NCBI GenBank assembly: GCA_965233585.1
Contig: CBDDTI010000717.1
Location: 1-46,886, forward strand
Direction of reading: 5' to 3'
From: a bacterium
GTDB lineage: Bacteria > SAR324 > NAC60-12
Length of the DNA stretch: 46,886 nucleotides
In this document: positions 40,430-46,886 of the stretch, in pieces
Layout of the letters: the number at the start of each line of letters is the position of its first letter
How positions within the stretch are numbered: the first letter of the stretch is position 1
Position numbers and translations under genes: made by a program
Notes under the pieces: generated by a model
What the model was told of the DNA's origin: nothing
The model's input: only the letters and a program-made list of their open reading frames with translations
Databases searched by the model: none

Positions 40430-43400
40430 GCCATGCATCGCTGCCGGGCTGCATCTCCTCGGGGAGCTGGCTCTTGGCCGCTGCGGCGTCACGCAGTGCA
40501 CCTGATTCAAGAGGATTGTTGGGAGGTTCCAACGCAAGAGCCTTGGGAAATTAGAATTGGAGAATTATTTAGTTGTAGGAGATGGGATGATTTACTCATT
40601 TCTAAGGGGGCAATCCCTATTGAATCCCCATTGTTGGATGGTTTTTTGATGTTTTTTGGGGCTTCAAGCTGAATAAATTGCAGTGCATGGGGATTATTTC
40701 GCCACGGATGGATGAAGTACTTGAATTAATGGGTTCGGTGGATTTTGAATCTTGCCCCCCCCATAGCCACCCTGTTTCCTCACTAAGGCCCCGACTGGCA
40801 TCGTTATTTTGGGCTTCTCGCAACTGCTGACGCGCCTTCGCTCGTGGAACTTCTTATTGGAAGACCTGCAGTCTGTCAGGGTGCTGATGGTCATGCGAGT
40901 GCAGAACATCTGGAAAATGTAATTGTTGAACGGTTGAGCGGACAATCTGCGAGTGCAGAAAAAAAGCAACACGCATTAAGGTTGTAAAGCACTTGGCAAT
41001 TTTGGAGTTGCAACAATTCAGAATGATGCAGCTACCAATCATCATTGATGACATCTTGCACCAGAATCTTCAGGTATCGGTATGGCTGCAAATGGCACGC
41101 CATGAAATGCATCCATCTCTCTGTTTGACTCTTTCCAAACTGAGCCACCTGCCCAGGCTCCAAGTATCTCCAAGTATCTCCAAGTCCTTCTCACGCCTGC
41201 GCTCTCGATGGCAGGAGTACCAAGGAATTTAAGGATGCCTAGATATGCCTAGTGGTTTTTGATACACGGATTGGTACCATCTAAAACAGATTGGGAGATT
41301 ATGGCCGTATCACAAACGGACCCTTTTCGGGTTGCATCTGCCATCTGCCATTCTTCATCAAAGCTGTCCATCAACTGAGTGCTCAGGCCCTTTTCCTTTA
41401 CTTTTTGCAATGCCCGCGTGGAATCAAAAGTGCTTTGACCATCACTCTCCAAAGTCAGTGGCACAAATAAACTTCCAGAACCAATAAGGATCAGGAACTA
41501 TGTTTAACTATGACAATTACTTTTGAGCAATTTGATAAATGATTTGGGATGATTTGATAGGTGAGAACTTTTGCTTAAAATTCCAGTCCTCAGTCCCGAA
41601 GGACGAGTGCCATGCGCCTCTGACGCCAAACCCGAACCATGATCCACTGACGCCAACTGGCGATCCTGGCGACTCATGATCCACTGACCCGTCATGCCCA
41701 GACACCTGGGATATCCTGGGATAGTTGGAGAGTTGGGTGATATAATGTCTAATATTTTTTTCAGAATTGGCATCGCCCAACTATTTAACATGAAACATGA
41801 AGAAACATCATAACATCTATCAATCCCAGCCGCCAAATGTCCCTCAAAAGCCAAATGTCCCTCAAAAGCCAAATGTCCCGCAACCAACATCATGACGTCA
41901 TGGTGAGGCCATTGTAATTTTAATCACGATCAATGAAAGGAAAAGGATATGGGATGATATGTGGCTTTGTCCTAGATGTGGTACAGCAAACCCCAAACAG
42001 ATAGAAAAGATGGAGACCAGGAAATTATCGGGGAAACATCGTTGAACTAACATCCTGCATATTTCCCAACGTATAGGAATTATTGTCATAGTTGTAGCCA
42101 GAAAATATAATCCCAACTGCACCCCAAGTAACATCAAAAATATCTGAACTTGGCAATCCCAAACTGATGAAATCTCCACAATCTTGGATGCTCAGATGAA
42201 GGCCCAACCCAACCCGGTCCTCTCCAAAGGAGCTTCGAAAGCTACTGCGGCAGATGATCAGATTCGATGAGCTTTGGCGAAGTTTGAAAATAGGTGGGTT
42301 TATCTGAAAATGGACTATCCATGAATATCCCAAATCTATTCTCCATTGGCAATTTGTTGGCATTTTCAGACCCGGGTGTGCTCCAGGCTTCAAACTTTAT
42401 CCAGGATGCAGAGTTTCCAAACAATTTCCGCCTCAGGACCTCGAAAAATCCTCCACGCGGATTTCCTCGGTGCGTTTCTGCAGCATGATTTTGTGCCACG
42501 AAGGATGCCTCTTTCGTAAAAATCCGTCCATTCAGACAATGCGTCTTATTTTCAATGGAAAATATGACAACGTAGCAGAATATGAAAAATATGACGTCTG
42601 AAGCTAAAATTTAGATATCAAGAATTAATGTCAACCCTGGATTAGTAAACCCTTAGGCTGTTTAATTGGAAGGGGTACCAGTTAAGTATCAGATTATGAC
42701 TATTGGGGAAGTACCACCCTAGTTTAAAAAAATATATGGTTTATTATGAAAACAAGGGCCAAGATATCATCCAGCCGGAGCAGTGAAAGAACCTGAAATC
42801 CAAACCGCAAATCCAGAAGCAAGATCATCCATCCACAATCAAATGGCATGCAGTTTCAACACAAAATGGTGTATCAATGCATATTATATGTGCTTTTTCA
42901 GGACATTGAAAACGGATTTCACAGTGTTCCTTTGAACCCATTTGTCTTCTTCTTTGATCTCAATCCTTCGAAGGTTCTGGTAGATAAAACATGATATAAC
43001 GATTGTTGATAAAAGTTGAAAAAACCATGTCATTTACCATCTGGCAATGTAACCTGGCTATTGAAAAGGGTCCATTTAGTTTGTCGATTTACCTACAATA
43101 AATGGTGATTGTCCATAGCTGTCTATGCTATTTTACCAGAGGCTACATATGAAGTTGTTTTTCAAACATACAATTGAGGGGGAAGTGGCAGGAGCAATCC
43201 CCAAATCATTGAGACAATCCCTTTGAAATCATCCCGCAGATCTTAATTGATTAGTAGCCCTGCTGAAGTCCCCCATTCATACATCTATAGTTCTGGGAGA
43301 ATTGACCCCACAAACACGAAGCACAGTCCAATCATTATCATGTTAATAAACCGTTATTCATCTGATTATATCAAGTGATATATTTGTAATAGCGGTTGAA

Positions 43401-45005
43401 ACTGATATGCAGATACACAATGATAAGTTAAGTGATGCCTAAAACAATAGGTGTATATCTGATAACTATAATCAGGTGATATCAGGTGTTTAGACCCCTA
43501 TTGTTTGATAATCGATATTCCTACATCCATTACTGACCAGTTGGGGTGGTGTGAACCGCCAAGCAGCATCTTGGCACCCTTTTGACAGCTTGCAGCTTGC
43601 TCAAACCTCGGCAATGGAGGTATCTCAATGTGTGAAGCCTAGGTGCCTAGGTGTTCATGGGTAGCTATCCGGAAAACTGGTCTTGACTTGCAAATGGTGT
43701 GAAATGAAGAAAAATATGCCAAAGAGAGTAGTACTAGTACAACTAGTTGTGGATCAATTTGTTTCACCCGACCCTGCGGTTCCAAACACCGTCTGAGACG
43801 CTAGTAGTTGGTTTTTGGGTCCCAAACATCTTCCGAGAGTAAGTTTGGAGCGCCAGGGCAGAAACGGCCCTTCTTCGTGAAATAAAATGGTACTCTTGTA
43901 AAGTATTCGTGAAGTCCAAGCTTATATGTTTCACAGGACCCATGCAGGTTGACATGTTTTTTTTGAAGTCGCTACCTGCCAGATTGATAGATTACTTCAC
44001 GATGGCCTTGCACACCTGTGACACCCTGCGATGGTATCAAAGGCCATTGTATGCACGCATTGAGCAACGGGAATCCACACAGAATGGTGAAACTGTAGCT
44101 GTAAAATGTCCAATCCACAAAAGCTTGAGGTGGATGCTATGTTGAAGCCTTGGAGGTCCCTTCTTACAACGACCCAATCAAACCCTGTGCTTTTGAAATT
44201 GCTGCTTGACAGTTGAAAGTAGTAAGCAACTAAAATGAACTCCCGACGTACTGAGGAATATCTGTCAAGATCTGATGGGTGGCACGAGTTTTCATCTTTA
44301 ACATGGTGCAACATTGATGTGCGTTTCACTCCCTGATGTTGCTTTGAACCTGAAACCAGTGACATCGACTACGCATTGCACATGTTCAATTGCAATTTCA
44401 TCTCAGGTGAAACTTGACTGCAGCATAATACAGTCAACGCAAAGGAATCAAAACAAGACCCGATACGTCTTGCCTGCGATCATGGGGCCATCGCCGAACA
44501 GTCGTGGAAGCTGTATTCCAAGACTACCTGAAAAAATATCTACCACCTTTGGGGGTAGTGGATTGTTTTTCCGTTGGAAACAAAACTAATTACTTGAGTT
44601 GCCACCTCAAATCATGGTTTGGACCTAGAAGTCATTTCACGACATTTGCTCACCATGTCATCACACTGAAAGACATGAGAATTGAGCAATTGAACATAAC
44701 AATCCACCACAAACAGGAAGAAGCGGTGTGATGTCATACAACTAATGGCTGCACAGCAGAGATTCCAGCCACTTGCTAAGCTCAATCTTGATCGCAACCT
44801 GAAATAGAGAGAAACCCCATGCAATCACAAATGTTAATCATTTTATGTTCTGGTTTCAGCATTGAATTCATAAAACATAATTAAACCATCGAAAGCCGCC
44901 CAACTTTGCGGGGATCCAATTTTAATCCACACCCTGTGGACTCAACGGCGTTAAATGGCACATCTTTGATCTTTTCACAGGAGGTGCTCCAAAGGCACCT
45001 TTGGC
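40430..45005 (-). other. Region of probable short minus-strand exons, structure not resolved
   Basis: Several AG-bounded open segments, for example 44933-45005 (AKGAFGAPPVKRSKMCHLTPLSPQ), about 44474-44527 (SLGIQLPRLFGDGPMIA) and about 40432-40501 (ALRDAAAAKSQLPEEMQPGSDA). No domain recognised. Confidence 0.35.
43035..43145. mobile_element. Degenerate MITE of about 110 bp
   Basis: TACCATCTGGCAA versus TTACCAGAGGCTA imperfect inverted ends. Confidence 0.4.
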
Positions 45006-45980
45006 CTGAAATTGAGGTATGTCGCAATCACTATACCAAACCTGCGAAAACGGGAGGGGAAGTGGAGATGTTTTCCCACAAACTTCATGCTGTCAGACAC
45101 TCGCAGACATGTCTAGCATTTCTTGCACGAAAACAATTTACAAAGGTGTATAGTTGATAGGGTTCTGCATTGGAGAGATCTCGCTGCCAAGGACAACTGA
45201 TTAATGTTTAAAGATACCCAGCATGTTGTCATAAGCCCAACAGTCAAAGCTTTGGTGTTTGCAATGTTCATCAAGTTTCGCATGTTTGCTAATTAACAAT
45301 GAAACAAAGCTCCTCACAGGCAAGTAGGAGCTGCTTGCTAGCCCTAGCCATGTTTATCATTCCCCTGAACGTTTTGATGGTCGCTCCAATTCTTTATTAA
45401 CCGTTATTACCAGCAAAAACTGACTGGAACATGAGACACCAAAAGAGCTATTCCCGGTTCCAGGCCTTAGATTTCATGCCTTGGGCGGAGCAAATGTGCA
45501 AACAACATCTGGGGCTCACAATTATTTAACCCAAAAAAAACGATATGACAGAAGAAACATCTTAGCAAACAAATGCCTACTCTGTGCGTGCCCATTGGTG
45601 ACCTTTATGTAGTGCTGAAGATAGTCAAGCGCCAAAAAAATATACCTGTTCTGTCCGCGCATAATCTGATAATCTGATGTATTCTCGCCCAATCAATTCT
45701 GCAGATTCAATCAAATTTGTGGTTCACCTGTGCTCAATTTTTGGCCGGTGGCTTGTGATGATTTGGCAGTGGGTTTAGGCTTCATGGATCTTCATGGGTC
45801 ATGTGTCCAACATCGGACGGTAAACATCCCTGGTACGGACTCACATGCACTATCCAGGCCCCTTTCATGTTTTCATTCCCAGCAATGCCAGCAGTTTCAC
45901 CATGTTTCATCCATGGATATATTCCCACCTGCTATGCCATTGGGCCACTGCATTGAGCCTCGCGCGTGCAGCCAAGAGGC

Positions 45981-46048
45981 CTTGCCCATCAGCAAGCTCA
46001 CCATTTCTGTTTCATCCTCCTCTCTTGCGAGATCCAAAGGCGTTTTGC
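45981..46048 (-). CDS. Ankyrin-repeat protein, exon (G)KTPLDLAREEDETEMVSLLMGK
   Basis: CAG acceptor, GC donor, phase-compatible with the preceding exon. G.TPL.LA motif. Confidence 0.8.
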
Positions 46049-46481
46049 CTGGGATCCACAGCTGACATTCGAAGTGACCCTTTCCAATATCACTTCAATT
46101 GATTGCCGTGCGGACTGCCGAATTTGACGTGTGGAAACCATGTGCGGAAAGCGCTGTTTCATTCTTCTCATTTGGCTCACACGGATGTCAAAGACGTGGA
46201 TGAACTCTAAACATCTCTAAACCCTTATTTTTTTCAACAGACACTCTCCCAAAATCACGGCTCTTGAATTTCAAGGCAACTTTGAAGATGGGAACCTGAG
46301 ATGATAAATCCAGTGAAATCTCATGCTGAAGTTGACAAAAAAGATTAAAACTTAAAAGATATGTCATAAGTCATTGAGACATGCCTCATTTGTTGAACTG
46401 CACCTGTTATATCTGTTATTGTGATTGCCGGTGAAAAAAAAAAAGGTCTTCAAAAACGGGACATCGGCTGAGGCCCCCAGC

Positions 46482-46580
46482 CGAAGTCGTCCTTAATTTC
46501 CACGGAGGCCTTTGCTGCCAGCAGCTGCTGGGCGCACTCCACGTGGCCGAAGGCTGCTGCAAAATGCAGCGGAGTTTTAC
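46482..46580 (-). CDS. Ankyrin-repeat protein, 99-bp exon KTPLHFAAAFGHVECAQQLLAAKASVEIKDDF(G)
   Basis: Canonical TPLH.AA..GH motif, 33 codons, AG acceptor, GC donor, phase 1-1. Confidence 0.88.
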
Positions 46581-46642
46581 CTCAGCACCGGCGGAGTGGC
46601 ACTGGCGGCGCCGTGACCGGCGGCGATCGCTGAGCTCCCCGC

Positions 46643-46837
46643 GGGTGGAGCTCAGGACGTCCACGGCGGCGCCCTTCGCCACGAGGAACGCCACGACCGC
46701 CCGGTGGCCGCGGCTTGCTGCCCAGTGCAGCGCTGACAGGTCACCGAAGACTCGGTCGAGGCAGCCGCGGTCGCGGCGCAGGTGGCCCCGGACGGCCGGG
46801 AGGTCGCCGTTGCGCGCCGCGTGGGCGATGTCGTCGT
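46643..46837 (-). CDS. Ankyrin-repeat protein, exon DDIAHAARNGDLPAVRGHL...SALHWAASRGHRAVVAFLVAKGAAVDVLSST; the gene begins beyond the window
   Basis: GC-rich open frame with AARNGD and ALHWAA.RGH ankyrin motifs, AG acceptor, predicted 62-nt GC-AG intron to the next exon. Confidence 0.85.
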
Positions 46838-46886
46838 CTCGGCGCGCGGAGGAATGAAAACCGAAATGACGATGTTTTTTTTCCGT

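Noticed and set aside
44981..45016. Plus-strand mini-exon EVLQRHLWPEIE (CAG...GTATG)
   Set aside because: Splice signals look good, but all recognisable exons nearby are on the minus strand and it overlaps a minus-strand candidate; unsupported without RNA data.

Overview
Repeat-dense eukaryotic DNA, not a prokaryotic locus. The very short exons, GC-AG introns, TTTAGGG-derived satellite and characteristic interspersed repeat suggest a dinoflagellate, most likely Symbiodiniaceae (inference, not database-checked). Bases 1-14.4 kb hold nested copies of a microsatellite-bearing element with Helentron/DINE-1-like ends, two decayed Ty1/copia fragments (gag-protease-integrase start; RNase H end), and a 4.3-kb insert made of a nested palindrome, a frameshifted intronless ORF and about 90 copies of a self-complementary 32-bp repeat. 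They also hold a 0.7-kb tandem duplication with a TIR element at its junction. Bases 15195-26648 are an 11.45-kb foldback element with about 2.4-kb inverted arms, invaded by two copies of a 2.6-2.8-kb TIR element and a 115-bp MITE; removing one insertion restores an ORF with a basic N-terminus. Bases 29.7-33.9 kb are a TIR element, a 122-bp satellite and a telomere-like array. Bases 34-46.9 kb are a minus-strand, exon-rich region with ankyrin exons, two spliceable dynein heavy chain exons (one duplicated) and a decayed TPR exon. Most ORFs in the supplied track are repeat artefacts. All coordinates were read by eye.
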